Shown here in pieces: positions 39,560-51,220 of a DNA stretch of 64,000 nucleotides. Within the stretch, counting starts at the first letter, position 1, and each line of letters begins with the position of its first letter. Source of the stretch: Mobula hypostoma (Eukaryota); NCBI RefSeq assembly GCF_963921235.1, contig NC_086107.1, positions 99,574,001 through 99,638,000 of the forward strand, given 5' to 3'. The notes under the pieces are model-generated. The model did not search any database. It had not been told where the DNA came from and was given only the letters and a program-made list of their open reading frames with translations. The position numbers and the translations under genes are program-made.

Positions 39560-39995
39560 TATCATTGGCTGATATGATGTGAAATTTATTGTTTCTGCAT
39601 TAGCAGGACAGTTCAAAAATACTATAAATTACAAAGATAAATATCGTAAAATAAAAAGAATAACATAGTAGTGTTCTTGAGTTTGTGGACTGTTCAGAAT
39701 TCTAATGGTAGTGGAGAAGAAGCTATTTCAGAATCATTAAGTAGGGGCCTTCAGGCTCCTGTCCCTCCTCCCCAATGGTAGTAATGAGATGAGGGATGGC
39801 CCAGATGGTGAGGGTCCTTAGTGGTGGATCCAGTTTCCTGAGGCACTGCCTCTTGAAGATGTCCTTGATGATAGTGAGGATTCTACCCGTGATGGAGCTG
39901 GCTGAGGCTACACCTTCTGCAGCATCTTTCAATCATGTGCATTGGAACCTCCCCTCCAGACCGTAATGAAAGCAGTTGGAATGCTCTCCATTATA
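39560..39995 (-). mobile_element. Rex1/Babar LINE 3' fragment
   Basis: ESIPTAFITVW.GG and ASSITG...IKDIFKRQCLRK peptides; 3' UTR like the other copies. Confidence 0.7.
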
Positions 39996-40669
39996 CTGTA
40001 TTTAACCACTGATTTTCCATAACTTGTAGCCTCTGCAACATCAGGAGCTTCAGAAATTAATTCCATTGTGTTAAGTCTTATGTCAAAGGGCAGTGTTACA
40101 AATGTGCTATTGAAAATTTGTGCATTCAACACAAGGACTATATTGGTGTCATGATCAGATGCCCAAGTCTAACTTTCTGAAACTTGCTGTTGAATTACAC
40201 TACTAGTATTAACATTTTGATACCATATCTAAAAATTGATGTGGTGTTTTGGAAAGGCATTTATCAAATACAGGGGATGCCCATGTAATGCTGTTCAGGT
40301 AATGGAAATTTGCCATTGGAAAATTCACAAATCACTCTCCAAAAATTTGAGATGTGAAATAATATTCACTGTTACAAAATCTATGTTGAAACAGTAAATA
40401 ATTCATTGTTTTCACCTCTCTTGAGACATGTACAGATGGCACATACACATCTTCATGTACCACTGAATAGCAATGTGGACCAGTTTCTAGGAATGCAACC
40501 CCAGCCCTGTCTTTTTGCGAGCTTGTTTGTAATGGACTTTATAATAATCTTCTATTCTTGTCAATTGTAGTTCACACATTCACACCCTCAGGATTCCACT
40601 ACTCTTGGAAATTAATTCTTTAACCACCTTGAGTTCAGTAAATTGCTCAGTCATTGATCATTTTTATTT

Positions 40670-40935
40670 TTATTTTATTGAGATACAGCACAGAATAGGC
40701 CCTTCTGACCCTTCTAGCCATGACGCCCAGCAATCCCCTGATGCCTAATTGTGGATCAATTTACAAAGACCAATTAACCTACCAACCGGTCTTTGGACTG
40801 TGGTGAGAGACCAGAGCACCCAGAGGAAACCCACATGGTTAGGGGGAGAACATACCAACTCCTTACAAGCAGCGATGGGAATTGAACCTGGGTCGCCTGT
40901 ATTGTATTGTGCTAACCACTACACTACCATGCTGT
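40670..40935 (-). mobile_element. tRNA-derived SINE
   Basis: A/B-box head on - (GGTAGTGTAGTGGTTAGCA...CAGGTTCAATTCC) and AATAAA-type tail; same family as 44415, 45565, 50640 and 55385. Confidence 0.75.
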
Positions 40936-41293
40936 CCCAAGTTCTTATTGTCAACTCTTGAAAATTAAACGGACTTGCAAAAGAAGATTGCACAGTTGTA
41001 TTTTTCTTGGACCAAATACAGCTGAAATGACTGAATTGCAGCACAGGTCCATTCTTTGGCATTATATCATTGCAAAGATGAATTACTCAATATTATGCTG
41101 TCCAGTTGCAGTAGAGTTTCACAAGAAAAACAGTAAGCAAATCCACGTAAGCATATAACATGGAAATGTTTCTGAGCATATTTACCCTTTCCGGTAAACA
41201 ACAGGAATTCTGTAGATGCTGGAAATTCAAGCAACACGCATAAAAGTTGCTGGTGAATGCAGCAGGCCAGGCAGCATCTCTAGGAAGAGGTGC

Positions 41294-41329
41294 AGTCGAT
41301 GTTTCAGGCCGACACCCTTCGTCAGGACT
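41294..41329 (-). ncRNA. Hammerhead motif with mutated stem III
   Basis: On -: AGTC-CTGACGA-AGGGTGTCGGCCT-GAAA-CATC-GACT; the ACGT palindrome is changed to ACAT. Confidence 0.55.
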
Positions 41330-42243
41330 AACTGAAGGAAGAGTGAGTAAGGGATTTGAAAGTTGGAGGGGGAGGGGGAGATCCAAAATGATAGGAGAAG
41401 ACAGGAGGGGGAGGGATGGAGGAGAAGACAGGAGGGGGAGGGATGGAGCCAAGAGCTGGACAGGTGATAGGCAAAAGGGATAGGAGAGGATCATGGCACA
41501 GGAGGTCTGGGAAGAAAGACAAGGAGGTGGGGGGGGGACCCAGAGGATGGGCAAGGGGTATATTCAGAGGGACAGAGGGAGAAAAAGGAAAAAGGAGAGT
41601 GAGAGAAAGAATGTGTGTATAAAAATAAGTAACAGATGGGGTACGAGGGGGAGGTGGGGCATTAGCGTCCGGTGCTCCCGATGTGGCCTTTTATATATTG
41701 GCGAGACCCGATGCAGACTGGGAGACCACTTTGCTGAACATCTACGCTCTGTCCGCCAGAGAAAGCAGGATCTCCCAGTGGCCACACATTTTAATTCCAT
41801 ATCCCATTCCCATTCTGACATGTCTATCCACGGCCTCCTCTACTGTAAAGATGAAGCCACACTCAGGTTGGAGGAACAACACCTTATATTCCGTCTGGGT
41901 AGCCTCCAACCTGATGGCATGAACATCGACTTCTCTAATTTCTGCTAATGCCCCATCTCCCCCTCGTACCTCATCTGTTACTTATTTTTATACACACATT
42001 CTTTCTCTCACTCTCCTTTTTCCTTTTTCTCCCTCTGTCCCTCTGAATATACCCCTTGCCCATCCTCTGGGTCCCCCCCCTTGTTTTTCTTCCCAGACCT
42101 CCTGTCCCGTGATCCCCTCGTATCCCTTTTGCCTATCACCTGTCCAGCTCTTGGCTCCATCCCTCCCCCTCCTGTCTTCTATCATTTTGGATCTCCCCCT
42201 CCCCCTCCAACTTTCAAATCCCTTACTCACTCTTCCTTCAGTT

Positions 42244-42279
42244 AGTCCTGACGAAGGGTCTCGGCCCGAAACGTCGACT
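42244..42279 (+). ncRNA. Minimal type I hammerhead ribozyme motif (best-preserved copy)
   Basis: AGTC-CTGACGA-A-GGGT(CTCG)GCCC-GAAA-CGTC-GACT; predicted cut after C42275. Confidence 0.8.
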
Positions 42280-42909
42280 GCACCTCTTCCTATAGATGCT
42301 GCCTGGCCTGCTGCGTTCACCAGCAACTTTGATGTGTGTTGCCCTTTCTGGTGACAGCTTTCTTCTCCACTTTCCCCATGAAGTTTTTTTTTGTCCTTGC
42401 AATGACCAGCATTCTATTCAGTCGTTAAACTGGATTTAATTTACAGAAAGAATGAGCCTGAGCATAAGAGAGAACTTCTAATTTTTGCTCCCATTGCTTG
42501 TTTACCCACTCTTTTTGAAGGAAGAAAGTGAAAGGCATTCCATATATAAAAGGAAGTTCTGCTTATTGATATTGTAAACATGTGACTGTACTTATTTATA
42601 AAGTTGTTTATTTTTAAGGTCATGGACAATATTAAATTTATTTATAAAGAGCTGTCCCTGTCGGCCCTCAGCCTGAACATCTACAGTATTTAACTCCAAT
42701 CTAACTCTGACATATGTGGACTGGTCTTGTTAGGCTCAGGGAATGAAGCCAGGGTCTATTACTGTACAAGAATCTGTCTACCTCAGGCTATGAAGTATGT
42801 GGTGACTCAATCTCTGAGCCTCTCTAGTGTAAAGAATTCAAGAGATTTATGACCAACAGAGAGAAGAAATTTCTCCTCATCTCCATTTTTAGTCATAGAC
42901 CCCTTAGAT

Positions 42910-42987
42910 CAGGGGTTCCCAACCTTTTTATGCCATGGACCAATACCATTAAGCAAGGGGTCCATGGACCCTAAGTTGGAACCCCTG
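42910..42987. mobile_element. hAT (Charlie-like) MITE, 78 bp
   Basis: TIRs CAGGGGTTCCCAAC / GTTGGAACCCCTG; 8-bp flanks CCTTAGAT and CCTTAGGC (6/8 match). Confidence 0.75.
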
Positions 42988-43189
42988 CCTTAGGCTAGGC
43001 TTTGCTCCCAGTTTGATATTCCCCTCTCCCCTACAAAAGAAGCACTTACCTGTCATCTATCTTGTTAAGGCTCCTGCTGAACCTTATATGCATTTAAAAA
43101 AATCACTTCTCATTCCAATCCAGATTCTGCATAGAGCCAATCTGCTCAAGCTTTTCTCTTCATCAATAAAGCTTCTCAGTATAGAAAAA

Positions 43190-43770
43190 AAAATACAAGG
43201 ATGTTACCAGGACTTGAGGACATGAGTTATAGAGAAAGGTTGAATAGTTTAGGACTTTATTCTTCATTGGTCAGGGCATGAAGGGGTATGATAGAAGGCA
43301 GGCAATTGAGGTCGGGAGAAAAACTGGATCAACCATGATGAAATGATGGAGCAGATTCTATGGGCCAAATGGGATAATTCTGGTCCTACAGCTTATAGAT
43401 TTATGGTCTTCATTTCCTGGAGCACAGAAGAATGAGGGTGTGTGTGTGTGGGGGGGTGATCTTTAAGAGGTAAACAAAACTATGAGGAGTGAATACAAGC
43501 AGGCTTTTCCTCTTCAGGTTGGGTGAGACTGCAACCAGAGGTCATAGATTTAGAGTGAAAGACAAAATGTTGAAGGGAATCTGAGGGAAAACCTCTCCAC
43601 TCAGAGTGTGGAATGAACCGCCAGAAGAAGTGGTAGTTGAGGGTTCAATTGTAACACTTAATAGCAGTTTGAATGGATAATTTAAATGGATGACAGTGAT
43701 TTGGAAGGATAAAGTCTGGGTGAGGTAAATGAGACTAGACACTAAAACAGGTTTGTATTGACTAGATACG
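43190..43770 (+). mobile_element. Rearranged CR1 3' fragments
   Basis: CR1 ORF2-end nucleotide motifs (GAGTTATAGAGAAAGGTTGAATAG...AGAGGTCATAG...GTGTGGAATGA). Confidence 0.65.
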
Positions 43771-43777
43771 CTACCAG

Positions 43778-44035
43778 GCGCCATGTTTAGCGTAGCGGTT
43801 AGCGCTTCTATAGCTCCGGGCTTCGGAGTTCAGAGTTCAATTACGGCACCTTCTGTAAGGAGCTTGGATGTCCTCCCTGTTTCCTCCCACAGTCCAAAAA
43901 TGTACCAGTTAGTAGGTTAATTGGTTGTTATAAATTGTCCTGTGATTCGGCTAGGGTTAAATAGGTTGATGGATGGTGCAGCTCACTGCGCCAGACGAGC
44001 CTGTTCCATGTTGTATCTCTAAGTAAATAAATAAG
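43778..44035 (+). mobile_element. tRNA-derived SINE
   Basis: TAGCGTAGCGGTTAGCG head, GTTCAATT B-box-like motif, shared body, and (AAAT)n tail. Confidence 0.75.
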
Positions 44036-45319
44036 AAAGGCCAAGGGATGTGTACTCTACTGCTCCTTGACTCAATGAACTATCTCCAATGCAAGGTAAA
44101 GCTGGATTCTAACCAACCTGATGATACTATTTTGCACCTCTTTAATTTAATGATGCACCCTTTGCATGAAGAAGTTATTTCTTGGCATTACCTGTAAACA
44201 ACCAGACTCCAGTTTTAATGTTATGGTCCTTTATTCTGGAATCCTTTACCATGGGAAATAGCTCCTCTCTTCCAGCAACATTGTTTTATATAATGCCTTC
44301 AGAACTACTAACCAAAAATTTTGACTGAGCCAAGTCAATGCCAAGATGGGTGTACAAAGAGTTGATCCAGGAGGCAGCTTTTAAGGAGCCTCTTGGAGGA
44401 GAGCCCTTGGGGTGGGACAGTAGCGTAGTGGTTAGCACAATGCTTTACAGTACCAGTGACCGAGGTTCAAGTCTCACCACTTAGTAGGTTAACTGGTCAT
44501 TGTAAATTGTCCCGTGATTAGGCCAGGGTTAAATTGGGGGTTGCTGGGCAACGGGGCTGGATGGACCTATTTAATAAGTAAGAAGCAGAGGCTAAGTGAA
44601 GAAATTCCAGAGCCTAGTATACTAGTAACTGTAAACATCACAACAAGTGACGGAGCAATTAACATCAAGGGAATAACATTTATTTATGAATTTGTCCATT
44701 GATAGTGCGTACATTAATTGTCCATTCTCACTCCTGATCCTTAGGACTGGTGGTGTGATTGATTGAATCAAGCTGGCCCATTAGCAACAATCATGGCAGA
44801 TGCAATAGATTGATTTCCTATCCATGTTTGGCCTATATCCATGCTTCTTCCTGGAATCTGTAGTCAATATTGAGAATTCCTGAAGTCCATTCCCTCCTAA
44901 CCATGTACCACTCTGCCAGCATATCTTGTGAAAGCTGTACAGGCAATTGGACCACGGCTTGGTGACTATGACCATATCAGGCTACTGTGCAAAAGTGCTC
45001 CCCCCGCCCCATACTATAACGAATTGATGGATGGGAGGACGAGTAGTCTGGCCTTAATTCATCTGCATTGCTTCTAATCTAGTTTTATCCTAATTATTTT
45101 TGTAAATACTAGTTTAATACAGTTATATTGAAGGTCATTAAGAGTCTTGGGGTTGTGTATAGATCAGACTGTGTAGCCTTCCTTCTTTCAAGGACATTAG
45201 TGAACAATATAGGATTTTGTGACAAACCAGGATTGCATGGTCACTAATTCCACTAATACACTAAAAAAAATGAACTAAATTCATATCCACAAATTGCTTT
45301 GTTAGGATTATACATTCAG

Positions 45320-45555
45320 TAGATTATGAGACAAAAGCGCAGATATTTTGGCCACATCATGAGAAGACAGGATTCCTTGCAGCAGACTCTCATGTTAGGT
45401 AAAACAGAAGGTAAAAGAAGGAGAGGATGGCAGAGGATAGATAATATACTCAGACAATGTGTATGACCTTGGAGGATCTTAGAGAGGCAGTTTCTAACGA
45501 GAGCTTGGTGTGCAGGAGTCCATCAGGTCACTCGACTTAACAACTGAACAACAAA
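45320..45555 (+). mobile_element. RTE/BovB-like LINE 3' end
   Basis: YFGHIMRRQDSL..TLMLGKTEGKRRRG peptide and a CTGAACAACAA tail. Confidence 0.75.
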
Positions 45556-45954
45556 GTGTAGATGTTAGCACGACGCTTTACAGTCGAGGTGACCCAGGTT
45601 CAATTCCCGCCACTGCCTGTAATTCCCATGACTGTGTGGGTTTCCTTGGGGTGCTCTGGTTTCCTCCTACAGTATAAAGCTGTACCGGTTGGTAGGTGAA
45701 TTGGTTACTGTAAATTGTCCTGTGATTAGGCCAGTATTAAATCAGGGGATTGTCGGGCAGCACTGCTTGAAGGACCAGAAGGGCCTATTCCACACTGTAT
45801 CCTCAATAAATAAATAAGGTATTTGATCATTAATGGGGAATTGGCTACAGTGTGTAGTAGGAAACAATTGACTACACAAGCTTGCACTGACCTGGTGATA
45901 ACCAGCTGAATTCCACGCGTTACCAGTGTAGCTAAAAGTATGGCAATATAAAGA

Positions 45955-46146
45955 CGACGGGTGGTGTAGTGGTATCAGCACTGGACTTCAAGGCAGATGG
46001 TCCAGAGTTCGAATCCGGCCGGTTCCCAACCTGGGCGGAAGAAAGGCGTGGCAATCCGTATCTTGCCACGAAAACCCTAATGAACAGCTACACTATCCAC
46101 AGGGTCGCCAGGAGTCGAAGATTCGACGGCACTCAACAACAACAAA
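45955..46146 (+). mobile_element. tRNA-head SINE with an RTE-like (CAA)n tail
   Basis: GGTGGTGTAGTGGTA A-box, GTTCGAATCC B-box, 3' CCACAGGGTCGCCAGGAGTCG...CAACAACAACAA. Confidence 0.75.
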
Positions 46147-46597
46147 GAGATTGGGTGTGACAAAGGTGATGTATCTTGGAGATATGTCAAAGTAACACAA
46201 ATTGCCCAGATCCAACCTTTATTTATGGGTTTCCTCGTGTACAGGTCCATCAAAGTATTTATCCTAACCAGTGGTGTTCCAACTGCCCAGACCAAGTTTT
46301 GGTTTCCACCTTAGTAGAAATACTCTACTATAAAACTCCATGCAATTCAGGGAAAAAAAACGCAAGTTAGCAATTATCAAAATAATTCCTAATGCCTGAA
46401 GTTGACCCTCACAAAGAGCTCAAATAGTGGTTTCAGCTCATACTTGGCCTGTGTAGACTATTGCACATGGCCAATCACCATTCCTCGCGCTAGTTGAAAT
46501 CTCTTCCGGCACATATACCCGGGCAGAGTATTGGTTAAGTCAAGCACTAACACTTGGCTGTTGAACGATCAGGCATTAAGAGGAGCGTGGACGATAT

Positions 46598-46812
46598 TGT
46601 GTGCTTTCACAAATAAAAATAGCGGAGGCGTTTTATGTTTTAAGAAAAGCCGTAGCAACTCATTTATTGAACACCAAAAACTGAACACGAAGCGCAGTAA
46701 AAGGCCTTAACGTAATTAACTCATCACATCAGACCCGCCTCTTATAGTGAACCCCAACCCAACATCAGTGGTTGTGAATTCTGAACGTTTCCACCAATTA
46801 TGTTACCCTACA
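46598..46812 (-). mobile_element. Solo LTR (215 bp)
   Basis: TGT...ACA termini, 4-bp TSD ATAT (46594-46597 and 46813-46816); TATAAG followed by AATAAA (46663-46668) in the expected order on -. Confidence 0.72.
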
Positions 46813-48386
46813 ATATTATATCTATAGCCCAGGCAAGCTACGTGTTTGTTTCTGTGTATAGAGAAGGTAGAATTGGAGTTAACATATTCTGCTGCTAAAA
46901 AAATTATAAGTTGTACATTACACGACTCGATCTGTTTACATGCAAGTAGACGAGCAGAATCAAAGTATCTATTCCCAAAATGTTTTGTTCATTATTTACT
47001 CGTTCAGCAAAACCCGGGAGCTCTGCATATAAGGAACGGTTCCTGCTTACTTGTAAATGATGACACCAGCAGTATGTAAGACCTGCCCGGTCTATCAGGC
47101 AATATTCTAATCCTCCCCAAAAATATCCCCAGAAAAGGTTTTAGGATTTCAATTAAAACTGATTCCGCTTCTGAAAATGTTAGAAGAATGGCTGATCTCG
47201 ATTTACTAAAATTTATAAGGAATTAAAATATCTCTCTAATTAATATTTTAAAAGCAATACCCAAAAATAAACGTATTTGAGAGATGGAGTTTGAACTGGA
47301 CATGTGCCAAGATAATACCTCTCTCTCTGTTACACAGTCCTACTTCAACTCTCGGCATCGGGTCTATTCTCTAAATCCGGAATAACTTTGCCATATTTGA
47401 TCATCAGTTTCTCCGGGATAGTTAAGGAAAAGAGGACATACTGCATATTTCTTTAATTTGGGAAAATTAAGTCCTTTTTAAGTAGAATCGCTGTTGTTAT
47501 GTAGAACTTCGTGCAAAGTTCCTCAAACAATGTTAGTTGAAAGATAAATATTAACCAGGCCTAGCAGCTCCGAGTTTTTACAAACACATTAATTGCCTTA
47601 TAAATGTTTATATCTTACCAGAGGGCAAACAAGACATTGTTACAGCGTATGATCTGAAATGCAACTTCTGCCGAAGTGCCGTGCGTGCACAGTGGGCGTG
47701 TCACCTTAGACTGTGGGGAGTAAGTCTTGAACCCAACCATCTTCCCACCCAGGCCAAAGCAGGACACATTCCTGGATGGCTCCCTTGGTAGCGTCCTGTT
47801 GTGGGAAATGAATGCACACAGCTTTCCCGTTTATAAGTGCAGGGCGATGAATTCGTTCATGAACATGTTATATGATGGTGGGAATCTCTGTTCATTCCAC
47901 CTACAGTTTACAGAGGAGAGTGAACAGAGTCTTACCTGATGGACACTGTTATCTAATTAGTTTCAATTCTAGCCACACATTTAAACTTCATGACCTATTT
48001 TGGAGAGCAGTGATCAGATTTAACTGTACTAAGTCTTAGCGCAGGTGGATGTCCTGATGTGGGCTCAGCCATCCATACTCACTCTGAATGCGGGATCCCA
48101 GAGCCGGGCTCTATGTCGGCATGGGAATTTAGTGGTACAATAGTGGTACACCGGCTGAGAATAATGTTAATTCAGATATGTATGAATGCGAAAGTAGTTA
48201 ATGGTCTAACTGCATTTGCATACATTAATTATGTTGTAGGCTCATTCACAAAGAAAACATAATATTGTGAACTAAAACAAAAGATCTACAATCAATTAAA
48301 GTCTAAACAGCTACTTCGCCCGAACTATTATCGTCACACTATTTAATACACTGTTATTTAGGAGCTCGATTCAGGAGGGTGGTAGC

Positions 48387-48533
48387 TTAGCCTTGGAAGT
48401 TCGCTTCCTTGTACAGTTTGTCAAGGTCGGCGCAGATTGTGTGAAACGCCTTCGCGAATGAATCCTTTACAGGTCCAGTCATCTGGCTTGGGAATTTCTC
48501 AGCGAGGACGGTCAACATAATGCCGGTGATCAA
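48387..48533 (-). CDS. MB: Myoglobin exon 3 (LITGIMLTVLAEKFPSQMTGPVKDSFAKAFHTICADLDKLYKEANFQG*)
   Basis: cttccAG acceptor, phase 0 (G7.0 intron position); YKEANFQG C-terminus typical of elasmobranch myoglobin; TAA at 48389-48387. Confidence 0.96.
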   Translation of the reverse strand: MITGIMLTVLAEKFPSQMTGPVKDSFAKAFHTICADLDKLYKEANFQG

Positions 48534-49288
48534 CTGGAAGACAATGTAAAGGGAAGAAGAATGGTGTTAATTCCACGGGATGGTGCATTGAGTCAGATAT
48601 GTGTGTGTGCGTGTGTGGGACTAACACACCCAAGGCTGATAATTGCGGGGTTCGTGTCAACACTGTCACATTAGTATAAACAAAATCATTCTTTTCTGAG
48701 AGAGAGAGCAGGGATATAGACAACATGATACCCACTGTAATCAAACAGCTCGCAAATGCCTACTGGCTACAATCACAAATTAGGATGGATTCTTTCTTGT
48801 CGCAAGATGTTGAGTATTGAGAACCATCAGCAGCATCTTCAGGAGAGGAGGGGATGACTCCGGGGCAAGGGAAAGGACCATTCGAATTACCTGATTAAAC
48901 AGCTTTGAGCTGTGTCTCCACTCGCTAGTGGGGGATAGGATAGGGATTAACTTTAGTTATCACACATACTGTCCATCAAAATGCATCATTTGCTTCAAGA
49001 AGCAACACAGTCCAAGAGCGCGCTGGGGGCAGTTCCGCAAGTGTCGGCAGGCTTGTGGTGCCAACGGAAGATGCCCACAACTGACTAACCCGTATGTCCT
49101 CGGAATGTGGGAGGAAACCAGAGCACCCGGAGGAAACCCACGCAGACAGCGGCGGGAATCGAACCCATGTTGCTGTAAAGAGTAATGCTAACTGGCATGC
49201 TCCCCGTGTTCGTTCACGGAACAGCTGAAGTTACCAAAAGTTATCAGTCAGAAAGACAGTACTGTAATTGGTAAAGTGTGGTACTCAC

Positions 49289-49508
49289 AGGGAAGTTGGC
49301 TGGTGGGATTTTGTGCTTGTGTATGTGAGTCTCTGCCATTGCCTTCACCTCGGCGGCATGGTCACCCTTCTTCTTCAACATTTTGCCCACCGCCTGGAGC
49401 ACAGTGTTGCCATGGTTGCGGACAGCATCGCTTTTCTCCACCTGATCAAGAGTCAAGTCCTTGAACTTGGGGAAGTGCTTTTGAGCGCCCGGGTGCTCCT
49501 TGAATAAC
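49289..49508 (-). CDS. MB: Myoglobin exon 2 (LFKEHPGAQKHFPKF...RNHGNTVL...AETHIHKHKIPPANFP)
   Basis: ctccAG acceptor and GTGAGT donor; CD1 Phe, distal His E7, proximal His F8 and the KHKIP motif are present. Confidence 0.97.
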
Positions 49509-49620
49509 CTGGAGTGAGAAAGGGCGGGGAGTAGTGGGATGGCGGGAAAGAGCGGAGAGTGAGAGGGAGGGGTTAAAATGGCCCTGCGGGTATTTTCCAA
49601 CTAAAAGCAGGGAGGAAGTC

Positions 49621-49881
49621 AATAGACAATAGGTGCAGGAGTAGGCCATTCGGCCCTTCGAGCCAGCACCGCCATTCACTGTGATCATGGCTGATCATCC
49701 ACAATCAGTATCCTGTTCCTGCCTTATCCCCATAACCTTTGATTCCGCTATCTTTAAGAGCTCTGTCCATCTCTTTCTTGAAAGCATCCAGAGACTTGGC
49801 CTCCACAGCCTTCTGGGGCAGAGCATTCCATATATCCACCACTCTCTGGGTGAAAAAGTTTTTCCTCAACTCCGTTCTAAT
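49621..49881 (-). mobile_element. Young CR1 3' end, closely related to the copy at 24217
   Basis: IRTELRKNFFTQRVVDIWNALPQKAVEAKSL; direct sequence similarity to 24217-24470. Confidence 0.85.
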
Positions 49882-49941
49882 TAGAAGCAAGGGAGTGTAT
49901 GGTGAACACGTGAGAAGGAGTCCTGGGTAGGAAGAGGTTGC

Positions 49942-50200
49942 ACGGTGACACAGTGGTAAGTGCTGTTTCCTCACAGCTCCGGAAATTCAGGTTCAACCTT
50001 GACTTTGGCTGCTGCCGGTGTGGGGTTCGTCCGCTCTCCCTGTGATACGTGGGTAGGTTCGTTGTGTGCTGGTGTGGGTCGGTGGCGGGAGGTCTGGGAA
50101 AGGGGAAGCTGGAGAGAGACAAGAGGAAAACCTGGATCGGTGTAGATGGATGGTTGATGCTTGACCTGGACACATTGGCCCTGAAGGATAGTACTGCTCT
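49942..50200 (+). mobile_element. tRNA-derived SINE
   Basis: GGTGACACAGTGGTAAG...CCTCACAGCTCC...CAGGTTCAA head and shared body. Confidence 0.65.
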
Positions 50201-50896
50201 CTACTCAGACGTTCTTTCCTTATGGAGCATGCCCCCCCCCCCCACCCCCCGGCTCACACAGTCAGAACGAAGCGTGATACAGGAACCGTAACAGATCATA
50301 CTGGATTAGTAAGGGTGTGAACAGTTATGTGGAAAAGGCAGGAGAATAGCATTGAGATGGAAAACTAAATCGGTCATGATCGAACGGAAGAGCAGGCCCA
50401 GGGGATCAAATGGCCTAATTCTTTTCCTATGCCTTATGGATCCAGCCTCTTCAGCCTGTACCTCCGTTCGATAGGACCCTGACTGATCTGCGCACAAACC
50501 TCCTCTCCTTTTGGTTCTGTCAATCGACCTCTCAAATACAAAGTTAGCATCGATTCCTTTCTGCATCATCTGCAGGTGTGGCCTTCTGAGTGAGCTGGTC
50601 CTGTGTGTTGGACTCTGCTCTCTTGTTCTTCATTCGTTTATTTATTGAGATACAGTGTGGAACAGGCCTTTCCGGCCCTTCGAGCCGCTCTGCCCAGCGA
50701 ACCCCCAATTTAACCCCCTGGCCTAATGACTGGATACTTTACAGTAACGAGTTAACCAACTAACCGGTACATTTTGAACTGGGGCATCCCGAGGAAACCC
50801 ACGCGGTCACGGGGAGCACATACAAACTCCTAGTCTCACCAACCAGCAGAAACAGCCCTCTCTCTCCACGTCTTACAATATCTACAAAATATCACT

Positions 50897-51220
50897 CCTT
50901 CTTCTTTTAAACCGTAAGGAATGTTGTGCCGAGTTGCTTATTATAGGGATCCGTTAGTCTCGCGAGACCATGGATTTGCGCCTTGGAAGGTTTCCAGGGC
51001 GCAGGCCCGGGCAAGGTTGTATGGAAGACCAGCAGTTGCCCATGCTGCAAGTCTCCCCTCTCCACGACACCAATGTTGTCCAAGGGAAGGGCATTAGGAC
51101 CCATACAGCTTGGCACCAGTGTCGTCGCAGAGCAATGTGTGATTAAGTGCCTTGCTCAAGGACACAACACTTTGCCTCAGCTGAGGCTCGAACTCGTGAC
51201 CTTCAGATCACTAGACTGAC
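50897..51220 (-). mobile_element. tRNA-head SINE
   Basis: On -: CTAGTGATCTGAAGGTCACGAGTTCGAGCC head, GTGTCCTTGAGCAAGGCACTTAA core, (GAA)n-like tail. Confidence 0.65.

Larger units (their letters stand above)
41196..42341. mobile_element. Second Penelope-like inverted insertion (1.15 kb)
   Basis: 11-bp TSD CCCTTTCCGGT/CCCTTTCTGGT (41185-41195 and 42342-42352); tail-bearing - arm 41196-41667; + segment 41665-42341 with the GIY-YIG C-terminus; GCG microhomology at the junction. Confidence 0.9.

Noticed and set aside
45955..46030. tRNA-like sequences here and at ~44415, ~51650 and ~51800
   Set aside because: They have A/B boxes but no complete cloverleaf, and run into SINE bodies and tails.
32010..46500. 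Possible second globin gene or pseudogene between LUC7L2 and MB
   Set aside because: No globin-like exon was visible by eye or in the ORF track; a sensitive tBLASTn would be needed to exclude remnants.
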